This document shows, piece after piece, positions 20,253 to 27,961 of a stretch of DNA of 64,000 nucleotides. How positions within the stretch are numbered: the first letter of the stretch is position 1; each line of letters begins with the position of its first letter. Position numbers and translations under genes: made by a program. The notes beneath the pieces are model-generated. The model was not told the origin of the DNA and did not search any database. It saw only the letters and a program-made list of their open reading frames with translations. This DNA comes from an uncultured Candidatus Saccharibacteria bacterium (GTDB lineage Bacteria; Patescibacteriota; Minisyncoccia; Phycocordibacterales; UBA9973): positions 58,851 to 122,850 of the forward strand of contig CAYTXV010000001.1 in the NCBI GenBank assembly GCA_964441495.1, written 5' to 3'.

Positions 20253-20528
20253 TTATTTTCTCTTTAGCTTATAAACTTTTAAAATCTCCTGTTTTGCTTT
20301 TTCGGTCTGTCCAGCCTTAACCTGATTCAGAATGCACCCACCAAGATGATTTTCAAGCAACAAATCTTCAATATTTGAAAGTGCTTGTTTGACTGCGGAA
20401 GTTTGGGTGATCACGTCAATACAGTAGGTGTCACTTTCGATCATCTTTTGCAGACCTCGAATCTGACCCTCAATGAGCTTGAGGCGACGAATGATTTTGA
20501 CCTTACTTTTGTCTTCCATATATTTCAT
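20253..20528 (-). CDS. csoR: CsoR family copper-sensing transcriptional repressor
   Basis: MKYMEDKSKVKIIRRLKLIEGQIRGLQKMIE...YCIDVITQ...ENHLGGC is the DUF156/CsoR signature. Start trimmed to the internal Met downstream of the operator. Confidence 0.8.
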   Translation of the reverse strand: MKYMEDKSKVKIIRRLKLIEGQIRGLQKMIESDTYCIDVITQTSAVKQALSNIEDLLLENHLGGCILNQVKAGQTEKAKQEILKVYKLKRK

Positions 20529-20537
20529 ACATAGTAT

Positions 20538-20561
20538 TATATACCCCCTGGGGGGTATATA
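20538..20561. promoter_or_regulatory. CsoR-type operator: GC-tract inverted repeat TATATACCCCC-T-GGGGGGTATATA
   Basis: Near-perfect 11/12-bp inverted repeat immediately upstream of csoR-copA. It resembles the B. subtilis copZA operator TACCC..GGGTA type. Confidence 0.6.
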
Positions 20562-20574
20562 GCAAGTCAAACAT

Positions 20575-20598
20575 AAAAGCACCCGATTGGGTGCTTTT
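20575..20598. terminator. bidirectional hairpin aaaagcaccc-gatt-gggtgctttt
   Basis: Perfect 10-bp stem flanked by A and T runs; it insulates the cop promoter from upstream transcription. Confidence 0.5.
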
Positions 20599-20880
20599 AT
20601 GTTCTGGATACTGCTCTCAGCAGGTATGCAATTTACAGTATAGTTGTCTCTTACTAGCCCTATCTTTGAGCTAGCTCAAGTTTGCTGGCTGTCGTGGTCT
20701 TGAACCTGCGTGATAAGACACCGTAAGGCTTTCTTGTGACCCCTTCTACTCCTTAGTCGAGGCGTCTCGGTCTCTAGGGTGTTTTTTCGCATCAAGCAAA
20801 CTAAGCGTATTTCACCCGTCTCGGTCACTGTCTCATTTTGAAATCAAGGCAGATTAAGGGTTCTTTGAAGAATAAGGGTG

Positions 20881-20936
20881 GTTTAGGAAAATGAGACAGA
20901 ATAAGACACTTTGGCGGTTATTGAAATCGTGTCTCA
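20881..20936 (-). terminator. possible terminator after the DHH gene
   Basis: 7-bp stem tgagaca/tgtctca with a long loop, followed on the minus strand by TTTTCC. Weak. Confidence 0.3.
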
Positions 20937-22193
20937 CTTTTTGGCGAAGTAAGCCTTGAGTAATGGCGTTACCTCCTTACGCATAATAAAATCTGATCGA
21001 ATTGCAACATTATCTTCAAAAGAAATGTTGAGCACCTTAGAAAGCACGTTCTTCATATGCTCATCATCGGATACGAACACATTGAAGCCGCCACCAAGAT
21101 CTATGAAAGAGATAAAGATATGATCCACACCTTCTTTTGATTTCAAGTCATTCAATATTTCAAACAGTTCATTCTTATGGGTTTCAACAAGTTGCTTAGC
21201 ATCCATCATTTCAAGCTGAGCGTAGCCAATCTTATTGCCAATTCCACCGAAATCGAACCAAGCAAAGTCAGCATCTACCGCTTGAGCAAGCCGGTCACCA
21301 TCCATATTGGACTTTGCGCGGAACATGTCGTCTATAAATTCCTTAGTGAGTCCGAGCTTTTGATTCAACCAATCAGCCATGAGTCGGTCGCGATCAGTCG
21401 TTACCTTCGCTCGGAAGTTGAGTGTGTTGGAGACGATTGCACCATAGAGCATGGTTGCTGTCGGTACTGAAATCTCTACATTATTCGCATGGAATTTCTC
21501 GGCAATAAGGGTAGCGGCCGAACCGACAAGCTCTATCTGAATCTTTGCGTTCTTGAACGCATCCGCATCATTGAACTTGCGGTGGTCAATGATTTCAACA
21601 ATATTCTCTGGCTTGATGAATTTATCGAGATCACGCAATTCACTGGCATCCGTAAGCACTACTTTTTCCAAAGAAGCGTTATTGTCCTCTTCGAAATGAA
21701 AGCCGAACTTCTCGACCAAATGTTGGACCTCAATATGTGGAGTACCAAAAATACGCACAACCGCAGGTGTGCCTGTTTTATTTAAAAACTCAGCATAGGC
21801 GACTGAACACGCATATCCGTCGAGATCGGGCTCGGTATAACTCGTTACGACCACTTCATGACTGTTGTCATCAATGACGAAATCAAGTTGTTCCGATGGT
21901 ATGCCGATGGACTGACCATAAGCGACTGCTTCGGACCACGTAGACTTGTCTGAGTGTTTGATTGAAAAATTCTTACCCTTATATACAACGAGCACATCAT
22001 CTTTGCCTGGCTCCCAGAAATGGATGTACCAAGGGCCATCAGCAAGATAATTGCCGATCTGCTTTGCCGTTTCCTCCTCGACCAAGACGTTGTGAAGAAT
22101 CCAATTGCCAGATTGCCACGTCTTCTCGATTTTTATTTCCGAGAGAATACTTTTATCTACCAAGCTATTTTCAACAATGGTTCCCTTGAGCAT
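20934..22193 (-). CDS. DHH/DHHA2 protein homologous to family II inorganic pyrophosphatase, with substituted catalytic motifs and a ~120-aa N-terminal extra domain
   Basis: DLDGYACSVAYAEFL and GSAATLIAEKF align to PpaC. The conserved DHN is DAS, DHH is DHR, and the Ser of DS is N. A DHHA2-like GGG motif is present; the N-terminal 120 aa have no recognisable family. Confidence 0.65.
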   Translation of the reverse strand: MLKGTIVENSLVDKSILSEIKIEKTWQSGNWILHNVLVEEETAKQIGNYLADGPWYIHFWEPGKDDVLVVYKGKNFSIKHSDKSTWSEAVAYGQSIGIPSEQLDFVIDDNSHEVVVTSYTEPDLDGYACSVAYAEFLNKTGTPAVVRIFGTPHIEVQHLVEKFGFHFEEDNNASLEKVVLTDASELRDLDKFIKPENIVEIIDHRKFNDADAFKNAKIQIELVGSAATLIAEKFHANNVEISVPTATMLYGAIVSNTLNFRAKVTTDRDRLMADWLNQKLGLTKEFIDDMFRAKSNMDGDRLAQAVDADFAWFDFGGIGNKIGYAQLEMMDAKQLVETHKNELFEILNDLKSKEGVDHIFISFIDLGGGFNVFVSDDEHMKNVLSKVLNISFEDNVAIRSDFIMRKEVTPLLKAYFAKK

Positions 22194-22195
22194 AG

Positions 22196-22744
22196 TTATT
22201 CAAGTGTGTACTCCCATCCTGGCTTCCACGACTTTGTCTTTCTCCAATCATTAGCTAGTGCTTCATCCCAAGTAAAACCCTTCAGCAAAACATCAAGCGC
22301 GAGCTGGGGTGCTTTATGTCCAACAAGAGCGACGTTTTTACCATCGTAATTCTCCTTGAGGAACTTTAAGAAATCATCTACTCGATTCTTAACATCTTCA
22401 TAACTTTCACCGTTTGGGAATGGTTTGAAATGCATTTCTTTCTCTTGGAGCGGTTCAACCTCCTCTGAAGGGTGGCCGTTCAAATCGCCGTAGTTGCATT
22501 CCCGAAGTCTCGCGTCAGGAATGATTTCGTACATATCACCCCACGCAAGTTCCGCTGACTTTCGTGCTCGTTGAAGATCAGAGCAAAAAACTACATCAAA
22601 ATGTTTGTCTTTGGTCTGCTCTTTAAGCGCAATTGATTGCTGTTCACCCAGCTCAGAAAGTGGTGCATCAGACCAGCCTGAGGAAATTTCATTCTGGTTG
22701 TCTACAGTCGTACCGTGAACAAAATAAGTGATTTTTACAGACAT
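22196..22744 (-). CDS. histidine phosphatase superfamily (phosphoglycerate mutase-like) protein
   Basis: ITYFVHGTT (RHG-type catalytic His motif region), ...GHKAPQLAL. Confidence 0.75.
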   Translation of the reverse strand: MSVKITYFVHGTTVDNQNEISSGWSDAPLSELGEQQSIALKEQTKDKHFDVVFCSDLQRARKSAELAWGDMYEIIPDARLRECNYGDLNGHPSEEVEPLQEKEMHFKPFPNGESYEDVKNRVDDFLKFLKENYDGKNVALVGHKAPQLALDVLLKGFTWDEALANDWRKTKSWKPGWEYTLE

Positions 22745-22748
22745 AAAT

Positions 22749-23216
22749 TTATTCGATATTCCCACCGTGATACCAACAACGGTATATTAATTCTCCATTG
22801 AGGTAAATATTTTCCTCACCAGAGAATCTGTCGAGTGCTCCTTCGACCTTGTTTGTATATTTGCTGTTCTCTAAAACGTATTCTTTTGGACCACGTACTG
22901 GAAGAATATCGTCATATTCTTGCATAAGCGCAGGTCGAAGAATTGTGTACGCATCCTTGGTAGAAATATCGGGATTCAGGACATGACCGTAATAGTTCAT
23001 TCCCCAGACTGGCGCGCCAGCTTTATAGACAACTTCCTCTCCTATAAAATCTCGAGCACCGAAGTACGTGTCGTGGTATGTAAGGTCTCTCTGCTCAAAG
23101 TGATAGTCCTCGGAAGACGGTCTTAGAGAGGTAGCCTTCGATGCTTCCTTATTCGCATATGTTGCCTTATTCGCGGCATTTAGGAATTTGGTGAGTTCCT
23201 CGTGCGAAATTTTCAT
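22749..23216 (-). CDS. hypothetical protein (DUF-like; YHDTYFG...PVWGMNYYG motifs)
   Basis: First gene of a 3-gene minus-strand operon, with an extended -10 TGGCATAAT 10 nt upstream of the ATG. Confidence 0.5.
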   Translation of the reverse strand: MKISHEELTKFLNAANKATYANKEASKATSLRPSSEDYHFEQRDLTYHDTYFGARDFIGEEVVYKAGAPVWGMNYYGHVLNPDISTKDAYTILRPALMQEYDDILPVRGPKEYVLENSKYTNKVEGALDRFSGEENIYLNGELIYRCWYHGGNIE

Positions 23217-23332
23217 ACAAGCATTATGCCATAAAATGAAGCTTATCTAAAGGGCTCTTTGTCTCCTTTTCTGTGAGGAGGAAAATATAGATACGGGGTA
23301 AAAACCGTGTTTATAAACTAGCCATAAAATAT

Positions 23333-23708
23333 ATGGAAATATCAAAAGAATTGCGCGAGAAGTTTCGAGAGGAATTTAAGAAGAAAGGCGCGGAGTATAC
23401 GGAAGCCGAAGAAACCGAGGCAATTAATAATCTGACTGGTTTCTTCGAGCTGATATACGACTTCGCCAAACGAGACACTATCTTGCACAAGAGATTGAAG
23501 AAAGAGCCGAAATCGAATCCCACAATGAGTTTCAAGAGTCGGTGCTAGGGCGAGAAGTTAAAGAAAAGATAAAGATCAAGGAAATCGACATCAGGAATTA
23601 TGCAAAACATATTTTAAGAAAGAGACCAATGTATGAGAAGCGAGAATTACTGAGTCATCTGAGAAGCAAGCTGGTGTTGAAGGAGAAGCAACTGACATTG
23701 GTGAAATA
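23333..23708 (+). pseudogene. frameshifted remnant of a large serine recombinase C-terminus (second copy)
   Basis: Frame A gives MEISKELREKFREEFKKK...INNLTGFFELIYDFAKRD. After a frameshift, ...AQEIEERAEIESHNEFQESVLGREVKEKIKIKEIDIRNYAKHILRKRPMYEKRELLSHLRSKLVLKEKQLTLVK. This is homologous to the tail of the 15619-16548 ORF (KFQQSVLNIKQQIQIKDVDIRDYAKFILKDGAIEEKRELLTCFKSKILLKEKQIYIS). Confidence 0.6.
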
Positions 23709-23718
23709 GTGAGCAAAC

Positions 23719-23753
23719 AAAAATCATCAAATGAATGGTGATTTTTGTTTTTT
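23719..23753 (+). terminator. hairpin plus T-run after the recombinase remnant
   Basis: aaaatcatca...tggtgatttt followed by tgttttttg. Confidence 0.4.
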
Positions 23754-23839
23754 GAGACTAGTTCGAGCCCATGACTGGTTCTCAAAACTATTCCTCCTAA
23801 ACAGCCGTTTTAGGCGTTTAGGTAGGTCTCACATGACTG

Positions 23840-23910
23840 CTGCCCGACAGGGACTCGAACCCCAATTTACGGTGCCAGAAACCGGCGTCCTACCATTAGA
23901 CGATCGGGCA
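23840..23910 (-). tRNA. tRNA-Gln (anticodon CUG)
   Basis: Hand-folded cloverleaf: U1-A72 acceptor tgcccga/tcgggca, D-arm, anticodon loop uuCUGgc, T-loop ttcgagt. CCA is not encoded. Confidence 0.8.
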
Positions 23911-24150
23911 AATTAAATTTTTTATAATTTGCTCTTTTAACACCCTTTGCTGTTTAACTTTCTTTTCGAAAGCTCTTGCCCCACTTTCTTGTGCAAATTC
24001 CTGGCTATGCACAAGAGTGAGTGGTATATGGTGCCTAGTCGAACTCACCATGCCAGCATTGTGTTGGTGCAACCTTCTTTGAATATCGTTGGTACTACCT
24101 ACGTAATACCAGTTTTTCTTAGAGGATTTGAGAAAATAAACGAACCACAT
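23896..24150 (-). CDS. GIY-YIG nuclease family protein (UPF0213/YhbQ-like)
   Basis: MWFVYFLKSSKKNWYYVGSTNDIQRRLHQHN matches the GIY-YIG signature. The 3' end overlaps the first 15 nt of tRNA-Gln. Confidence 0.75.
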   Translation of the reverse strand: MWFVYFLKSSKKNWYYVGSTNDIQRRLHQHNAGMVSSTRHHIPLTLVHSQEFAQESGARAFEKKVKQQRVLKEQIIKNLICPIV

Positions 24151-24154
24151 ATCA

Positions 24155-24200
24155 TTATCCTACCATTAGACCTGCCTGCGCAGGCAGGCGATCGGGCAAT
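24155..24200. repeat. second copy of the tRNA-Gln 5' half (about 25 nt) interrupted by an 18-nt GC-rich palindrome
   Basis: tcctaccattagac-CTGCCTGCGCAGGCAGGC-gatcgggca, versus the intact tRNA tcctaccattagac-gatcgggca at 23886-23910. Together these form direct repeats flanking the GIY-YIG ORF. Confidence 0.6.
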
Positions 24201-24243
24201 GATCGTGCGCCCTACTATACCGGAAAAATGGGCTTTTTTCAAC

Positions 24244-25167
24244 TTAGACGTTGAGATACTTGCGCACTGCAAGGATGCTCGAGATAGCGCCGAGCAGTAG
24301 TCCGATACCGAGCACTATGCCACCGATAGAAAAGATGTGTGAGATGTAGTAACTATAGATGTTGAACCCGAGCACATCTGTAGCGTGTCGTCCGAGGAAG
24401 TATGTGAGCGGGAGAAATATCGCAACAGAGATGAGAAATGCAAACACACCGTAGAGTAACCCTCCGACGATAAACGGTGCTCGGACGTACGACTCACTCG
24501 CACCAACAAGCTGCATGATACCGATTTCTTCTTTGGCAGTGTAGATAGTGAGGCGCACTGTCGTGTAGACGATCACGATAGAGATAAGCGCGAGCACAAA
24601 TGTCACTGCCCCGCCCACACTACGCGCGTTGCTGATGAGCATGTTGAGGCGATCGATCACGACCTTGTTCTGAGAATAGTTGATCCGTTCGATGATCGAT
24701 GCGTTGTCGCGCGCGATCTGACTGTCACCCTGGAGGACCTTGGCGATTGCTTCATACTGGGTCGAATCTTTTGCTTTGACAAGGAGTGAACCACCGAACG
24801 GATTGTCGCCAAGCTCATCGAGTGCTTGGAGCGTGAGGTAGTCATCTGCGTGCCTATCACGAAACGCGAGTACTTGTTCATCTGCTGAGGTGTAGGTCAC
24901 CGCTGCAACTTCGGGAAGTTTCTCGAGTGTCGCCTGGAGGTCAAGGATACTCTCCTCGGGTGCGTCAACGGTGAAGTACACCGCGATGTCTACCTTTTGC
25001 TGGACTTGCTCGATAGCATTACCCAGAAGTGCTTGGAACAGCAATATGCCGGTTGCAACACAGAGCGTGATCGTTGTCACCAGGATAGCCGCATAGGACA
25101 CAAGTCCATTTCGTTTGAAATTGTTCCATCCGCTCTTTAGTACTCGTTGTAGTCTGACCCAAAACAT
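24244..25167 (-). CDS. ftsX: cell division permease FtsX
   Basis: 4-TM FtsX topology with a large first extracytoplasmic loop, directly downstream of ftsE. Confidence 0.85.
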   Translation of the reverse strand: MFWVRLQRVLKSGWNNFKRNGLVSYAAILVTTITLCVATGILLFQALLGNAIEQVQQKVDIAVYFTVDAPEESILDLQATLEKLPEVAAVTYTSADEQVLAFRDRHADDYLTLQALDELGDNPFGGSLLVKAKDSTQYEAIAKVLQGDSQIARDNASIIERINYSQNKVVIDRLNMLISNARSVGGAVTFVLALISIVIVYTTVRLTIYTAKEEIGIMQLVGASESYVRAPFIVGGLLYGVFAFLISVAIFLPLTYFLGRHATDVLGFNIYSYYISHIFSIGGIVLGIGLLLGAISSILAVRKYLNV

Positions 25168-25182
25168 ATATGTATAAGTATA

Positions 25183-25863
25183 CTATTTTTCTTTGACTTT
25201 GCGGTGCTCGTCACCAACGACCCGACCCTTTTCCATCGTGATGATACGGTTGCCGACTGAGTGAATGAGGAGTGGATCATGTGTGGTGAGGATCACGGTA
25301 GTGCCGAGATCATTGATCTTTTTCAAGATATGGATTACTTCACGAGTGTTTGCTTCATCGAGGTTCCCAGTTGGCTCATCTGCGATGAGGACTTCTGGTT
25401 GGTTGATGATCGCACGCGCGATTGCGAGGCGCTGCTTCTCTCCCCCAGAGAGCTGGTTGGGGAAATGATACATGCGGTCCTGTAGATCAACGAGCTGAAG
25501 CACGTGTGGTACATCAGAGACGATCTCTGCATCGGTCTTGCCTGCTGCCTCCATCGCAAATGCGATGTTTTCGTATGCAGTTTTGCTACTGAGCAAGCGA
25601 AACTCTTGGAACACAGTACCGATACGACGACGAAGTCCTGTGATCTCACTGCGATTGAGTGTGTTGATATCGATGTTTTCAAACAAAACACTTCCCTCAC
25701 TTGGCTCTTCTTCGGCGAGGATCATTTTGGTAAGGGTGGTTTTGCCGGCACCCGATGGACCGATGATAGTGATGAACTCACCTGTTTCGATTTCGAGGTT
25801 GACGTTCTCGAGCGCCACAGCGCCGTTACGATACACCTTTGAGACGTTTACGAACTTAATCAT
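25183..25863 (-). CDS. ftsE: cell division ATP-binding protein FtsE
   Basis: Walker [13 protein letters not shown] signature LSGGEKQR, Walker [12 protein letters not shown]. Confidence 0.9.
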   Translation of the reverse strand: MIKFVNVSKVYRNGAVALENVNLEIETGEFITIIGPSGAGKTTLTKMILAEEEPSEGSVLFENIDINTLNRSEITGLRRRIGTVFQEFRLLSSKTAYENIAFAMEAAGKTDAEIVSDVPHVLQLVDLQDRMYHFPNQLSGGEKQRLAIARAIINQPEVLIADEPTGNLDEANTREVIHILKKINDLGTTVILTTHDPLLIHSVGNRIITMEKGRVVGDEHRKVKEK

Positions 25864-25882
25864 GGACTCTCAGTATAGCATA

Positions 25883-26764
25883 CTAGAGCTGCTGTTCCGC
25901 TTCGATAAATGCATCGATATCCCCATCTTCGAGGACCTTGTCGACGTTGCCAGTCTCGACATCAGTGCGATGATCTTTGATCATTTTGTATGGATGGAGC
26001 ACATATGAACGGATCTGATTGCCCCATTCGATATCGGTTGTTTTGGATATATAAAGCCCCTTTTCTTGTGCGATGCGTTCTTCTTCTTGTCTCTTGTAGA
26101 GCTTGCCTTTGAGAAGCTCGAGCGCACGATCACGGTTCTGCTCCTGACTACGCTCAGTCGTCACGTGTACTGCGATCCCTGTGGGGATGTGTACCATACG
26201 CACTGCAGTCTCACGTTTGTTGACGTTTTGTCCACCAGGACCTCCGGCGCGCGCAAACGATACTTCAAGGTCAGTCTCAGGGATCACCACCTCTGTGTCT
26301 GCTTTGGTAAGCTTGGGGATCACTTCGACAAGAGAGAACGACGTCTGTCGCTTGCTGTTTGCGTTAAACGGTGAGATGCGTACGAGACGGTGTACACCTG
26401 ATTCGTTTTTGAGTAGTCCAAATGCGCCCTTGCCTTCTATCTCGATACTCACGTTGCGATAGCCTCCGTGATCGTTGTCGTTGCTATGGATGAAGCTCAC
26501 GCCCCAGCCTTTGCGTTCTGCATACCTGGTATACATACGTAGCAACATCGCACTGAAGTCCTCCGCATCATCGCCTCCTGCACCTGAAAATATCGTGAGA
26601 ATCGCATTTCCCTTGTCATACTTGCCGACACCTTCGAGTTTGTCTTTGAGTTCTTGGAGCTCCTTGATCTGTGCTTGTGCGCGCACCTTGTCAGCCCAAA
26701 AGTCACCTGCCAGCATAGCGGTTTCGATGTCGTGTATACGTGATTGGATCTGTTCTTTGTCCAT
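25883..26764 (-). CDS. prfB: peptide chain release factor 2 (short N-terminus, no frameshift leader)
   Basis: SPF motif ([15 protein letters not shown]) and GGQ motif ([11 protein letters not shown]). The start codon abuts the tRNA-Thr 3' end, so there is no room for the programmed +1 frameshift leader. Confidence 0.85.
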   Translation of the reverse strand: MDKEQIQSRIHDIETAMLAGDFWADKVRAQAQIKELQELKDKLEGVGKYDKGNAILTIFSGAGGDDAEDFSAMLLRMYTRYAERKGWGVSFIHSNDNDHGGYRNVSIEIEGKGAFGLLKNESGVHRLVRISPFNANSKRQTSFSLVEVIPKLTKADTEVVIPETDLEVSFARAGGPGGQNVNKRETAVRMVHIPTGIAVHVTTERSQEQNRDRALELLKGKLYKRQEEERIAQEKGLYISKTTDIEWGNQIRSYVLHPYKMIKDHRTDVETGNVDKVLEDGDIDAFIEAEQQL

Positions 26765-26837
26765 GAGCCACCTCCGAGGATCGAACTCGGGACCTATGGT
26801 TTACGATACCATTGCTCTACCAGCTGAGCTAAGGTGG
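26765..26837 (-). tRNA. tRNA-Thr (anticodon CGU)
   Basis: Hand-folded: acceptor gccacct/aggtggc, anticodon loop atCGTaa, T-loop ttcgatc. Confidence 0.85.
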
Positions 26838-26840
26838 CCT

Positions 26841-26857
26841 ATCTGCGCAGGCAGGCG
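26841..26857. repeat. copy of the palindromic motif CTGCGCAGGCAGGCGAT also present in the tRNA-Gln fragment at 24167-24187
   Basis: 17-mer identity between 24171-24187 and 26841-26857, both immediately 5' of tRNA sequence on the minus strand. Confidence 0.5.
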
Positions 26858-26869
26858 ATACTCGCTATG

Positions 26870-27577
26870 CTACCTCTTTTCAAAATAACACACAACACTA
26901 CGGCGCTTCGCGGGCTTGCCTTTGATGTGGTGCTTGCCCGAGAGTTCCTTTTTCATCATGATAAAATCATTTTCAAATGCCCGTGCGAGCGCCTCGTCGG
27001 TCCACACGTACTCATACACTTTGAGCTTGGGGTGGATGTATGCGTTTTCTTCACCAGCGCCATGTTTCTCGAGAAGCTCTTTGGTGTGACTATCACGCTC
27101 TGCATAAAATGATTTGAAAAAGAGCACCCCTTGCGATTTGAGCACACGTGCAACTTCCTTGATAAATCTTTCTCGCTCAACATTCTTGAGAAAGTGACTA
27201 CTCATCGCGTCAATAACAAGATCGACTGATTGGTCCTCAAGTGGGATCAGTTCATCAAGTGATCGTACCTTAAATGTAAGCTTGCTTCCCCACTGCTGCT
27301 TCGCAGCGTTTTTTTGTGCCTGAGCAATCGCTTCATCAGAGATGTCATAGCCGACACCACCAAGTCTGAATGTCTCATTGAGCCACAATAAGTTCCGTCC
27401 ATTGCCACACCCCGCATCGAGCACAACGGTGTCTGGGCGAAATACATCCTTGCCATACTCCTTCATCATCCACCTGACGCATTTCACCAAGTCTGCCGAG
27501 ACTTCATCCGAGAGCGCAAACATCCCTGGATCCTTGTACTCCTTATTCCAAAATTCTTTGAGCCGCTTTTCGTTCAT
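26870..27577 (-). CDS. class I SAM-dependent methyltransferase (small-molecule type)
   Basis: VLDAGCGNGRNLLWL is motif I; Rossmann fold. Start set at MNEKRLKEFW, downstream of the promoter module. Confidence 0.75.
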   Translation of the reverse strand: MNEKRLKEFWNKEYKDPGMFALSDEVSADLVKCVRWMMKEYGKDVFRPDTVVLDAGCGNGRNLLWLNETFRLGGVGYDISDEAIAQAQKNAAKQQWGSKLTFKVRSLDELIPLEDQSVDLVIDAMSSHFLKNVERERFIKEVARVLKSQGVLFFKSFYAERDSHTKELLEKHGAGEENAYIHPKLKVYEYVWTDEALARAFENDFIMMKKELSGKHHIKGKPAKRRSVVCYFEKR

Positions 27578-27595
27578 GCTGTATAACTCTTGTGT

Positions 27596-27629
27596 TTGAC
27601 ATTCTATCAGAAAAGTTGTAATGTTGCAA
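27596..27629. promoter_or_regulatory. divergent promoter module A (minus TTGCAA-17-TAGAAT; plus TTGACA-17-TAATGT)
   Basis: A 43-bp element, tgtttgacattcta(t/a)cagaaaagttgtaatgttgcaaaaaaca, repeated almost identically at 28592-28634. Confidence 0.5.
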
Positions 27630-27720
27630 AAAACACAAATTATGTTAAAAAAACTTTTTGACACGCCACCGAAACGACAATATAGCTCTAGGTTATATGG
27701 AGGAAGGTTGTCATCTGAAG

Positions 27721-27912
27721 ATGACAGAAGATGATTTGGTAAAATGGTTTACTGACCCGCAACTTTTTTCGACCCCATTTACAAAACCCGAAGAGATTGA
27801 GATTTATGAAAATACAGAAAATGCTTTTTCTTTTGAGGAGCTTTCTAAAAAGGCAAAATCTCAACTCCGCACAGATCTGGTCAAACAAATTATTGAGCGA
27901 AGGTCAAACTAA
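27721..27912 (+). CDS. small acidic hypothetical protein (about 63 aa)
   Basis: ATG preceded by GGAGGAAGG; lies between promoter module A and terminator A. No family. Confidence 0.3.
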   Translation: MTEDDLVKWFTDPQLFSTPFTKPEEIEIYENTENAFSFEELSKKAKSQLRTDLVKQIIERRSN

Positions 27913-27932
27913 AATGTTTATGCCTTAAATGA

Positions 27933-27961
27933 AAATCCCTGGAGTATATCCAGGGATTTTT
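27933..27961. terminator. hairpin aaaatccctgga-gtatat-ccagggatttt
   Basis: Perfect 12-bp stem with flanking A and T runs (bidirectional). Confidence 0.6.

Larger units (their letters stand above)
15570..23753. mobile_element. decayed integrative island adjacent to the 3' end of tRNA-Gln
   Basis: Two same-orientation large-serine-recombinase C-terminal remnants (16048-16548, 23333-23708) bracket copper-resistance and phosphoesterase operons. There are AT-rich patches, and the catalytic recombinase domain is absent. Confidence 0.5.

Noticed and set aside
20599-20880. RNase P RNA or tmRNA in the island gap
   Set aside because: I found no P4 AGGAAAGUCCGG-like motif, no tRNA-like 3' end with CCA, and no tag-peptide ORF.
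23311-23535. 74-aa minus-strand ORF
   Set aside because: It is antisense to the recombinase remnant whose plus-strand frames show clear homology.
26765-26900. Programmed +1 frameshift leader for prfB
   Set aside because: I searched upstream of the prfB ATG. The space is occupied by tRNA-Thr, and no short ORF ending in CUU UGA is present.
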